From Planctomycetota bacterium (lineage in GTDB: Bacteria > Planctomycetota > B15-G4 > SIAN01), in NCBI GenBank assembly GCA_031409275.1, contig JANNXA010000034.1:128001-192000 (forward strand): a DNA stretch of 64,000 bases. Direction: 5' to 3'. The notes beneath the pieces are model-generated. The model searched no databases. It was not told where the DNA came from and worked only from the letters and a program-made list of their open reading frames with translations. Positions 9,677 to 18,266 of the stretch are shown one piece after another. Positions within the stretch are counted from its first letter, which is position 1. Every line of letters starts with the position of its first letter. The position numbers and the translations under genes are program-made.

Positions 9677-11625
9677 TGGCCCGCGCCCGCGCGGCGGTCG
9701 CGCTCTTCGCTCTGCTCCTCGTCGTGATCGGCGGCGGCGCGTGGTGGCTGCTCGATCGCGAGAGCCGTTGCCTGCCGAAGCTGCCGCCGCTCCTCGATTC
9801 GAGCCGCACGGAGCGGCCGGGCACCGCGCGACGCGATGGCGCGTTGGAGGACGCGGTCGATGCGCCACCCGACGACGACGGTGCTTCGACTGCACAGCGC
9901 GCCGCGGTCGACCGCTCGCCGCTCGAGCTGCCGGCCGACGACGAACTCGCGGCGCTCGAGTCGCGCGGGCGGCTCTTGCTGGCGGGGCGGGTGATCGACT
10001 TCGACGGGGCGCCCTGTCCCGACGCGGTGTTGTGGCATCGCGGCGCGGTGATCGGACGCAGTGATGCGGAGGGGCGCTACCGCGTCGAGGTCGATCGACT
10101 CGGTTGGTGGGTGCGGGGCAGCGGCGCGAGCGAGGCGCTGGCGGCGGTGAAGGAGGGGGTGGGTTCCGGGGCGATCGATGTCGGCGACGTCTCGCGTCAG
10201 GTCGACCTGCCCCTGCAGTGGCGCGCGCGCTTCGGCGGCACCACGGTCGAGATCGACACCGATCGACTCGTGCCCGACGCGACGGTCGAGCTGCTCGCCT
10301 TCGACGCCTACGGCTTCCCGATCTATCCGATCTTCCGGCTGACCACACGCTCCGATGCAAACGGCGCGTTCGAGTTCCTCGGCGTTCCGCCGCACGGCGT
10401 GGCGCTGCGCGCCGAGTCGGAGTCGCACGCGTCGGCCGGCTGGTTCAGCTGCGACACCCGCGATGGAGAAGACCACCTCGCAGTGCCGTTCCGGATGATG
10501 CGCCGCGTGCACGTGCGCGGCTGGTTCGTGCCGCCGCCGCCGGCCGGCGCGCGCCTCGTTCTCCTGCCGGACCTGCAAGGCGAGGTGGCACGCGAGCTCG
10601 AGAAGTTCGAGGCGGCGATCGATGGCGAGGGGCGCTTCGACTTCCAGGTCGCGGCGTCGATGGACTGCGGCGTCCGGTTGCAGATCGACGATGCGCCGCT
10701 CTGGAGCGGCAAGTTCGAGGTGCCGATCGACGCCTTCGAGGTCGACCTTGGGCGGATCGAGGTGGCGGAGCCGGGCGCGCTCGAGGTGGAGGTTTCGTTG
10801 CCCGACGAGGTGCTCGAGCTCGGGCTCGAGGTGCGGCTGCAGACGGGGCGCCACGAGTTCGGCGAGCTGCGTCGGCCGATCGGCCGCGATGGGCGCGCGC
10901 GGATCGAGCGGCTCGCCCCGTGCGCGTACTCGCTCCAGGTCGTCTTCGGTAGCTGGTATTCGCTGGAGCAGGACGAGCTGCCACCGCTGCTTCCCGGCGA
11001 AACGCGCCGCTGGCGACTCGCGGGGCCGGAGGCGGGCGAGCTCTGGATCGTTGGGCGTGTCACCGACCCCGATGGCACGCCCGCAGTGGGCGTCGACTTG
11101 CGGATGCTCGTCCCCTACGAAGGCGCCGCGTACGAACTGCGAGCCGGCGCGATCAGTGACGCGGCCGGGCGGTTCGCTCTCGTCGCCGAAGCGCGTGGCG
11201 CCGACGCCTTCGTCGCGCCCGGCCGGTCAATCGAACTCCTCGCGCGCGGTCGGCGCGGGGTGCGCCATCTCGAAGTCGCGAGCGCGCTGCCGGCGGCGGG
11301 CGCGGTGCGACGGCTCGACGTCGTGTTGGAGCCGGGCGCGCGCCTCGCGGGCCGGGTCGTGAACGCCGCCGGAGCGCCGGTCGGCGACGTGGCTCTCACG
11401 ATCGCACCCGCCGAACTCGCGGCCGAGGACGTGCGCTTCTTCGCGATCGATTTCATCGCCGCCAACGACGGCACCTTCCGCGTCGACGGCCTCGAGGCGC
11501 GCGACCATCGCGTCTGGCTCGACACGCGCCGCGGCCGGATCGAAGTGGGCCGCATCGAACGCGCCGCGATCGTGTCGGGCAGCGCGCCCGTGACGCTGAA
11601 CCTGCCCGCGAATTGGAACGAGTGA
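9676..11625 (+). CDS. Membrane-anchored carboxypeptidase regulatory-like domain protein (paralog 2)
   Basis: TGATG coupling with paralog 1, same repeat architecture, N-terminal TM. Confidence 0.8.
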   Translation: MARARAAVALFALLLVVIGGGAWWLLDRESRCLPKLPPLLDSSRTERPGTARRDGALEDAVDAPPDDDGASTAQRAAVDRSPLELPADDELAALESRGRLLLAGRVIDFDGAPCPDAVLWHRGAVIGRSDAEGRYRVEVDRLGWWVRGSGASEALAAVKEGVGSGAIDVGDVSRQVDLPLQWRARFGGTTVEIDTDRLVPDATVELLAFDAYGFPIYPIFRLTTRSDANGAFEFLGVPPHGVALRAESESHASAGWFSCDTRDGEDHLAVPFRMMRRVHVRGWFVPPPPAGARLVLLPDLQGEVARELEKFEAAIDGEGRFDFQVAASMDCGVRLQIDDAPLWSGKFEVPIDAFEVDLGRIEVAEPGALEVEVSLPDEVLELGLEVRLQTGRHEFGELRRPIGRDGRARIERLAPCAYSLQVVFGSWYSLEQDELPPLLPGETRRWRLAGPEAGELWIVGRVTDPDGTPAVGVDLRMLVPYEGAAYELRAGAISDAAGRFALVAEARGADAFVAPGRSIELLARGRRGVRHLEVASALPAAGAVRRLDVVLEPGARLAGRVVNAAGAPVGDVALTIAPAELAAEDVRFFAIDFIAANDGTFRVDGLEARDHRVWLDTRRGRIEVGRIERAAIVSGSAPVTLNLPANWNE

Positions 11626-13550
11626 TGGGAGCGCAGGCGACACGGCGACCGCTCGGCAGTTCGCGGCTCTGGCTTGTCATGGTGGGTGTGCTGGCGGTCG
11701 TCGCTTTCGTCGCGCGGGTCGTGTGGCGCATGCGGTCGCAGCCGATGCTCGTTGCGCTTCCGATCGAGAGCGTCTCCTCGCCAACGCGGCTTGACGCTTC
11801 GCCCGCGGTCGCGCCGCCGGCGACGCGCGACGCGGCGCGGCCCTCGCTGCTCGAGCTGCCAGGAAGCGACGAGCTCGCGGCTCTCGAGTCGCGCGGGCAG
11901 TTGCTGTTGGCGGGGCGCGTGCTCGACTTCGATGGCGCGCCATGTCCCGGAGCGACGCTCTGGTGCAACGGCGAGCAGGTCGCGACGTGCGATGCCGCCG
12001 GCGCCTACCGCGTCGAGCTCGCCAACCCTCTCGGCTCGTTCGTCGTTTCGCGCCACAGCGGGCGGATCCACGCGGTGCAGCCGGGGGTCGGCGCCGGGAT
12101 GGCGCGCCTCGGTGAACGCAGCGGCGTCCTCGATGTGCCGCTGCTCTGGCGGGCGCGGCTGCGCGGCACCTCCATCGAGGCGGCGACGAAACGGCCGGTC
12201 GGGGGCGTGTCGATCGAGTTGCTGGCCATGGCCGATTCGAGTGATCGACCCGACTGGTCGCTGTCCACGACGGCCGATGAAGCAGGGCGCTTCGAGTTCG
12301 TCGGACTGCCGCCCTTCCGAGTGGCGCTGCGCGCGATGAAGTCGCCGCTCGCCACCGCCGGTTGGCAGCTGCTCGATACGAGCGATGGCGGCGATTCCCT
12401 CGACTTCGAGCTCCTGCTGCACGCTTTGGTGCGGTTGCGCGGCCGCTTCGTCCCGTGGCCGCCGCCACTCGACCCGGCGCAAACGGCGACGGCGCGGCTG
12501 GTCGTGCTGCCGGCGGCCAGCTCGCTGTCGACGAGCGTCGAGCAGTGGAGCGTGCCGCTCGCCGCCGACGGTTCGTTCGACTGCAAGGTCTCGCGCACCT
12601 TCAATGCGGCGCTCTCGCTGGCGGTCGACGGCGGCGTGCTCTGGCACGGCAATCGGCACATCGAAGGCGAAGCGCTGGAGATCGACCTCGGGCGCATCGA
12701 TCTCGTCGCGCCGGCAGCCATCGATCTGCAGGTCGACCTGCCGAGCGAACTGCTCGAACTCGGCGCGATCGCGACGCTGCGCGAGGTCAGCGGATCGGGC
12801 GGGCCGTGGCATGCGCCGATCGGTCGCGACGGCCGCGCCCGCTTCGCACCGCTCGACCCGCGCCAGTTCCAGATCGCCGTGCAATTGGGCGAAACCAGCA
12901 GCTTCTTCCATTCGGGCGACATCGATCGGCTGCGACCCGGCGAGCAGCGCGCGCTGCGCCTCGGCGGGACGCCGCCGCGCGTGGGCGGCCTGCAGCTGGC
13001 GGGGCGCGTGGTCGATGGCGACGGCGCGCCGGCGGTAGGAGTGCAGCTCGTGCTCGTCGTTCCGATCGAGGGGCAGCCGGCGGTGCTCAGCGCGACCAGC
13101 GATCGGCACGGCGTCTACTGCTTCCCGTCGCGTGTCTGGAGCAAGCAGGCGGTGCTGGAACGCGGCGCTTCGATCGAGCTGCTCGCGCGCGGCCGCTGCG
13201 GGTTCGCGCGCGTCGCGCTCGAGTCGGCGCTGCCGGCGCAATGGAGCGCGCGGCGCATCGACGTGACGCTCGCAGCGGGCTGGTCGTTGCGCGGTGTCGT
13301 CGTCGATGCGGCGGGAGCGCCGCTCGCGAACGCGACGCTCGAGCTGCGGCCGGTCGGCGCCGATCGCATCGACCACGAGGCGGGGCCGATCGAGGTCGAA
13401 CTCAACTCACGCGGTGCCTTCGACAGCGACGCCCTCGAGCCGCGTGACTACATCGCCCGCATCCGCGGCGCGCACGACTGGATCGAGCTTGGTCTCGTGC
13501 GGCCGGGCGTAGCGCCGATCTCGCTGCGGCTACCGGCCGAGGCGCCTTAG
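11625..13550 (+). CDS. Membrane-anchored carboxypeptidase regulatory-like domain protein (paralog 3)
   Basis: TGATG coupling. Shares LELPxxDELAALESRGxLLLAGRVxDFDGAPCP with paralog 2. Confidence 0.8.
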   Translation: MGAQATRRPLGSSRLWLVMVGVLAVVAFVARVVWRMRSQPMLVALPIESVSSPTRLDASPAVAPPATRDAARPSLLELPGSDELAALESRGQLLLAGRVLDFDGAPCPGATLWCNGEQVATCDAAGAYRVELANPLGSFVVSRHSGRIHAVQPGVGAGMARLGERSGVLDVPLLWRARLRGTSIEAATKRPVGGVSIELLAMADSSDRPDWSLSTTADEAGRFEFVGLPPFRVALRAMKSPLATAGWQLLDTSDGGDSLDFELLLHALVRLRGRFVPWPPPLDPAQTATARLVVLPAASSLSTSVEQWSVPLAADGSFDCKVSRTFNAALSLAVDGGVLWHGNRHIEGEALEIDLGRIDLVAPAAIDLQVDLPSELLELGAIATLREVSGSGGPWHAPIGRDGRARFAPLDPRQFQIAVQLGETSSFFHSGDIDRLRPGEQRALRLGGTPPRVGGLQLAGRVVDGDGAPAVGVQLVLVVPIEGQPAVLSATSDRHGVYCFPSRVWSKQAVLERGASIELLARGRCGFARVALESALPAQWSARRIDVTLAAGWSLRGVVVDAAGAPLANATLELRPVGADRIDHEAGPIEVELNSRGAFDSDALEPRDYIARIRGAHDWIELGLVRPGVAPISLRLPAEAP

Positions 13551-13592
13551 GCGATCTCGCGGCGCGCGCTCCGCTGCCGTCAGCCTTGCCCC

Positions 13593-14459
13593 TCACCCCG
13601 CCGCCGGCGCCTTGCTCCGCACCACCAGCGTCGTGCCCATCACGATGACCGCGCCCGAGACGACCATCGCGAGCGTCACCGGCTCGCGCAGGAAGAGAGC
13701 GCCCCACAGCACGCCGAAGAGCGGCACGAGGAAGGTGACGGTGGTGGCGCGCGAGGCGCCGATGCGGTTCAGCAGCCTGAAATAGAGCAGGTAGGCGAGT
13801 CCGGTGCAGACGACGCCCAGCACCGCGCCGCAGCCAAGCGCGCGCAGCGACGGCGTCGCGGTTGGCCAGTTCGCCACTCCGAACGGCAGCAGCAGCAGCG
13901 TGCTGGCCATCAGGCTCGCGGCCGAGATGGTGATCGGCGGCATCCCGGCGAAGCGCCGCTTCGCGTGGTGGGCGGCGCAGCCGTAGAGCAGCGCCGCACA
14001 GAGTCCGGCGGCGACGGCGCCCTGGCCCGCGCGACCGTCGAGCTTCGGCCACGCCAGCGCCAGCACGCCGCCGAAGCCGACGACGAGCCCGATCGTCTTG
14101 ATCCGCGGCAGCCGATCGCGCCAGATCGCGAAGCCGAGCAGCGCGACGAAGAGCGGCACCGTTGCGTTCAGCACCGAAGCGAAGCCGGCCGGCAGCGTCT
14201 TCGAGGCCCACGCGAACAGGCAGAACGGCACCGCCGAGTTGATGGCGCCGAAGAGCGCGAGCTCGAGCCAGCGGCCGCGCGCCGCGCGCAGGTCGCCGCG
14301 CGCGATCGCCACCGCCGCGAGCACGGCCGCCGCCACGCCGACGCGGATCGTGATCAGCGGGATCGCGCCGAGTTCGGGCGCGGCGACGCGCATGAAGAGG
14401 AACGACGCGCCCCAGATCGCGCCGAGCAGCACCAGCATCAGCCGGTCGCCCGCGCTCAT
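13593..14459 (-). CDS. EamA/DMT family transporter
   Basis: About 10 TM, LGAIWGASFLF, two EamA repeats. Confidence 0.93.
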   Translation of the reverse strand: MSAGDRLMLVLLGAIWGASFLFMRVAAPELGAIPLITIRVGVAAAVLAAVAIARGDLRAARGRWLELALFGAINSAVPFCLFAWASKTLPAGFASVLNATVPLFVALLGFAIWRDRLPRIKTIGLVVGFGGVLALAWPKLDGRAGQGAVAAGLCAALLYGCAAHHAKRRFAGMPPITISAASLMASTLLLLPFGVANWPTATPSLRALGCGAVLGVVCTGLAYLLYFRLLNRIGASRATTVTFLVPLFGVLWGALFLREPVTLAMVVSGAVIVMGTTLVVRSKAPAAG

Positions 14460-14935
14460 CGGCCCGTCTCCGGCGCCGACACGGCAGCAAGCGGCAGCTT
14501 CGAATGCTCCTTCGCCGTCGCCAGCACGATCGTGGTGCGCGTGTGGGTGATGCCTTTGATCGGCTTGATCTGCTGGTTCAGCAGGCGCGCGAGGTCGTCG
14601 GTGTCGCGCGCGCGCAGCTTGAGCAGGAAGCAGTCGTCACCAACGACTTGATGGACCTCGAGCACCTCGGGGATCGCGGCGAGCGCTGGGCCGAGCGCGT
14701 CGCTCGTGCGCGCTCCCTCGACGCCGACCGAGACGAACGCGGTCAACCCGAAGCCGCAGGCGCGCGGGGCGAGGCGCGCGGTGTAGCCCTCGATCACGCC
14801 GCGCTGCTCGAGCTTGCGGATGCGCTCGAGGATGGCGGAGGGAGCCATGTCGAGTTGGCGGGCGATCTCGGCGTTGGCGACGCGGGCGTCGCTCTGCAAT
14901 GCCGCCAAGATGGCGAGGTCGGCTGAATCGAACAT
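14456..14935 (-). CDS. Lrp/AsnC family transcriptional regulator
   Basis: DLAILAALQSDARVANAEIARQLDMAPSAILERIRKLEQRGVIEGY HTH. RAM domain EVHQVVGDDCFLLK. Confidence 0.95.
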   Translation of the reverse strand: MFDSADLAILAALQSDARVANAEIARQLDMAPSAILERIRKLEQRGVIEGYTARLAPRACGFGLTAFVSVGVEGARTSDALGPALAAIPEVLEVHQVVGDDCFLLKLRARDTDDLARLLNQQIKPIKGITHTRTTIVLATAKEHSKLPLAAVSAPETGR

Positions 14936-15006
14936 TGTTCGTCCAAGGTTCGTGAACTGAGTCGAATGATCGTGCTCCTACGATCTTCAGAGAATGAAGT
15001 TCATTC
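14929..15006. promoter_or_regulatory. Putative Lrp-type operator sites upstream of and overlapping the lrp start
   Basis: AT-richer spacer with palindromes CGAACA-T-TGTTCG (14929-14941) and GAATGAA-G-TTCATTC (14992-15006). Both contain GAA-N5-TTC. Confidence 0.45.
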
Positions 15007-15083
15007 GATGAGGATCGGATTCAGATCAATATCGGGCGCCTCGCGTTCGACAACCTCGCCGGCGCGGACCACAATGCGCGTCG

Positions 15084-15413
15084 ATGATCCTCGCCGCGGA
15101 TGAAGACACCGATGGCCGGCGCCCACGCTGGACCGTCTATCTCCTCGCGTCCCCGACTCGCACCTACGTCGGCGTCACCACCGATGTGCGGCGGCGCCTC
15201 GCGCAGCACAACGGGACCGTCGCTGGCGGAGCGCGCTCGACGCGGGCGGGACGGCCGTGGCGGGTGGCCGCGAAGTGGGGACCGTTCGCGTCGCGCGGAG
15301 AGGCGCTCAAGATCGAGTACCAGTTGAAGCAGCGGCCCGCACGCGAGCGGCGGCGCTGGAAGAGCGGCACGCTGCCAGCGGCGGCGGGCGACGCCGCGCG
15401 ACCGGGATCGTGA
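15084..15413 (+). CDS. GIY-YIG nuclease family protein (small, SLX1/YhbQ-like)
   Basis: VYLL...TYVGVTTDVRRRLAQHNG...GGARSTRAGRPW...EALKIEYQLK. Confidence 0.88.
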   Translation: MILAADEDTDGRRPRWTVYLLASPTRTYVGVTTDVRRRLAQHNGTVAGGARSTRAGRPWRVAAKWGPFASRGEALKIEYQLKQRPARERRRWKSGTLPAAAGDAARPGS

Positions 15414-15423
15414 ACGACACGAG

Positions 15424-16785
15424 CTAACGCCGCGTGTCGCCGAGCGGGATGAACTCGCCGAGCAGGTCGTCGAGCTTGCAGCACTTCGCGTCGGCGGGAT
15501 CGTGGTCGAGGTGCGCGAGCGCCGTCTCGGCGAGCTCCTTCATCGCGACATGGGTCTCGGCGCCGGCCAGCTTGGCGAGCGTGTCGCGGCAGTGTTCGTG
15601 GCGACCGCGACCGACCGCGTAGACGGCGCACGCGCGCGCCAGCGTGACGCGATCGTTCAGCGCCTTCTCGAGGATCGCGTCGAGCTCGGGGGTCGAGACC
15701 ATCGAACCCATGCCGATCAGCGCGTGGCCGCGAATGTTCTGGTCGTTGCCTTTCGACTTCTTCACCAGCAGCTCGCGGATGGCGCCATCGCGCGGTCCGC
15801 AAGCGGCGAGCGCGCGCAGCACGCGGCCCTGGTCATTGCCGGTCAGCGACGGCAGCAGCTTCTTCAGCGGCTCCTTGGCGTCGGGCAACGCCACTTTTCG
15901 CAGCGCATCGACGGCGGCCAGCGCGACGTACTCGTTGCGCTCCTTCGTCACCGCCAGCAGCGGCTCGAGCACGGTGTAGTCGCCCGAAAGCGCCAGCGAC
16001 TCGATGACGGCGACGCGGGTCGCATCGTCGTCGCCTTTCTTCACGTAGTCGAACAGCCGTGCGCGTGCCGCTTCGCTCCCGAGGTCGTGGATCTGCTTCA
16101 GGAACTCGTCCTTGCGCCAGCTGCGCGCCTTCTGCGCTTCGGCGAGGAGTTCGGTGACGCGCGTCGCTTCGACCTTCGCCTCGGGGCTGTCGGCGGCCGG
16201 CGCCGAATGGGCGCGCAGCGCTCGATCGAGGAACTGGAGCAGTTCGGGCAGCGGGAGCTGCCACGCGCGGCGCGCCAGCACGCGCCCTTCGCCCGTGCAG
16301 ACGACGTGCTGCGGCGTGATCGCTTCGCCGCCGCCGAAGAGTTCCGCGGCCGCCTTCGTCGCGCATTGCTTGTGGTCGGAGCAGCTGCCGCCGCCGAAGC
16401 GCTCGCAATGGAGTCCGCTCGCCTCATCCGCGGTCTCGGTGTGGACGGTCGCGCTGGCGATGACACAGACGAAGGCACCTGACTTGGCGACCAGCTTCTC
16501 TTCGCGATAGAGCTTGGCGGCCGCGAGGCTGGTCGTGTCATCGTCGGAATCGAAGGCGACGAAGATCGGCTTCTTCTCGTCCCGCGCGCGGCGCAACGCT
16601 TCCGGCCAGCTCGACAGCCAGTCGATGGTGGGGGCCGCTGGAGCAGGCGCAGGTGGGGCGGGTGGCGCTGCCGGCTCGGGAGCGCTCTGCGCGGCACGGG
16701 TCACTGGCGCGAGGAAGAACGGCGCGATCGAGGCGCAAAGCGCGAACAGAAGAGCGCTTCGCGCATGCATGAACGGTGGTTTCAT
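15424..16785 (-). CDS. Exported thioredoxin-like fold + HEAT repeat protein
   Basis: Signal peptide and Pro/Ala linker. IDWLSSWPEALRRARDEKKPIFVAF (Trx-like, no CxxC). C-terminal HEAT repeats. Confidence 0.75.
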   Translation of the reverse strand: MKPPFMHARSALLFALCASIAPFFLAPVTRAAQSAPEPAAPPAPPAPAPAAPTIDWLSSWPEALRRARDEKKPIFVAFDSDDDTTSLAAAKLYREEKLVAKSGAFVCVIASATVHTETADEASGLHCERFGGGSCSDHKQCATKAAAELFGGGEAITPQHVVCTGEGRVLARRAWQLPLPELLQFLDRALRAHSAPAADSPEAKVEATRVTELLAEAQKARSWRKDEFLKQIHDLGSEAARARLFDYVKKGDDDATRVAVIESLALSGDYTVLEPLLAVTKERNEYVALAAVDALRKVALPDAKEPLKKLLPSLTGNDQGRVLRALAACGPRDGAIRELLVKKSKGNDQNIRGHALIGMGSMVSTPELDAILEKALNDRVTLARACAVYAVGRGRHEHCRDTLAKLAGAETHVAMKELAETALAHLDHDPADAKCCKLDDLLGEFIPLGDTRR

Positions 16786-16871
16786 CGCAACTCCCTGCGC
16801 ATGCGCCGCGCACTCATTGCGCCGCCGCTTGGCTTCGTCTTTGATCCCGCGCCCTTTCGACCGAGTCGACC

Positions 16872-18266
16872 ATGCGCACCACGATCCTCTCCGGTGGCCT
16901 CCTACTTGCAACCTCCTGTGCTGCGGCTCCGCGGCCGCCAGCTCCCTTGCCGCTCGCGCCGCCACCGAACTGGAACCTGGCAACGGGCGCGTTGCCGGGG
17001 CGAGCGCTGGCGGCGGGCGCCACGACACCGCTTGGCGTCGAAGGCCTCGTGGACGGTGCCCCGTTGCAGTTTGCGCAGATTCGCTTCGCGCTGCTCGCGA
17101 CCTGTCCGAGCGACGGCGGTGAGCGGCTGGTCGATTCGCTCGCCCTGATCGTCGATCCGTCGGAGAGCGGTTCCGTGCTGCTGCCGTCGAGCGCGCTCGA
17201 ACCGGCGCGGGTGTGGCGCGGCGACGCGGCTCGTGAACTCTGGGATCGGCTGACGCCGCTCGCCGAGCACGCCTTCCTGCCCCTGGCGAAGCTCGAGGAG
17301 CCGCTGATCGCCGGCTTCACCCACTCGTTCGCCGTGAGTGCCGATGAACGGGTCGATGATCCGCGGGACTTCCTGCGCGAGCGGACGCCGGCGACCACGC
17401 GGACGCGCCGTTTCGGCGTGGCGCTCGATGGCATCGGCGCCGCCGGCGCCAACGTCACCTTCGAGCGCGGTTCGGCCGGCTTCGATGGGGAGCTCGGCAA
17501 GCTCGCGTTGCCGCTGGCACCGCTCGCTGGGCCGCTGCTGATCGTCGTGCCGACGCCGTTCCTCGGCGGGCACGGCGCTTGGTGCGCAGCGTGGCTTGCG
17601 TTCGAGGAGGTGGCGGCGGACTCGCCCGCGGCGGCCACGTGGCATGCGCGCGCGAACGAGTTGCTCGCGCAAGAGCAGGTGCGTCGCGCTGCGGCGAGCG
17701 CGCCGGTGTTGCGTGCCAACGAAACGCTCGCAGCGTGGGAGGCGCTGCCGACCGATGCGAGCGGCCGCACGGCGCTGGTCTGGCAGACCGCGCACCTGCC
17801 GGACAGCCTCATCGCCGACCTGGCGGTGGTGGCAAGCGATGCGGAGCTGACCCGGTTGCTGGAGCAGCTCGCGGCGACGCGCGCGCGCGGGGCTTCGCCG
17901 GCGGACGGCGCCGCGCTCGATGCATTGCTCGAACGCGAGGCGATCGCCTTCCTGGCGCGGCTTGCTCTCGAAGACGAACTGCCACCGGAGCTCGCGAGCG
18001 TGGCGTGGCGTCGCACCGGCGCGGTCGGCGGTTTCCCATCGACGTTGGCCGAAGTGGCGCAGACCGCCGGCGGTTGGACCGCGCTGCAGGCACGGCTGAT
18101 CGTCGAGAACCAGCTCCTTCTCGAAGAGAGCAGCGCGGCGATTCGAGTGCGAGCGTTCGACTGGTTGGCCGCGCGCCACGCCGCCCCGGCCGGTTTCGAT
18201 CCGTTGGCGCCGCAAGCGCAACGCCGCGCCGCGCTGGCCGCGGCCGCGGAGCACGGCGATGAGTGA
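16872..18266 (+). CDS. Hypothetical lipoprotein
   Basis: Lipobox LLATSC. 8-bp overlap with the downstream DUF748 gene. Confidence 0.65.
   Translation: MRTTILSGGLLLATSCAAAPRPPAPLPLAPPPNWNLATGALPGRALAAGATTPLGVEGLVDGAPLQFAQIRFALLATCPSDGGERLVDSLALIVDPSESGSVLLPSSALEPARVWRGDAARELWDRLTPLAEHAFLPLAKLEEPLIAGFTHSFAVSADERVDDPRDFLRERTPATTRTRRFGVALDGIGAAGANVTFERGSAGFDGELGKLALPLAPLAGPLLIVVPTPFLGGHGAWCAAWLAFEEVAADSPAAATWHARANELLAQEQVRRAAASAPVLRANETLAAWEALPTDASGRTALVWQTAHLPDSLIADLAVVASDAELTRLLEQLAATRARGASPADGAALDALLEREAIAFLARLALEDELPPELASVAWRRTGAVGGFPSTLAEVAQTAGGWTALQARLIVENQLLLEESSAAIRVRAFDWLAARHAAPAGFDPLAPQAQRRAALAAAAEHGDE

Noticed and set aside
15084..15413. GIY-YIG protein as a homing endonuclease or defence nuclease
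   Set aside because: Small stand-alone YhbQ/SLX1-like size, with no intron or mobile context.
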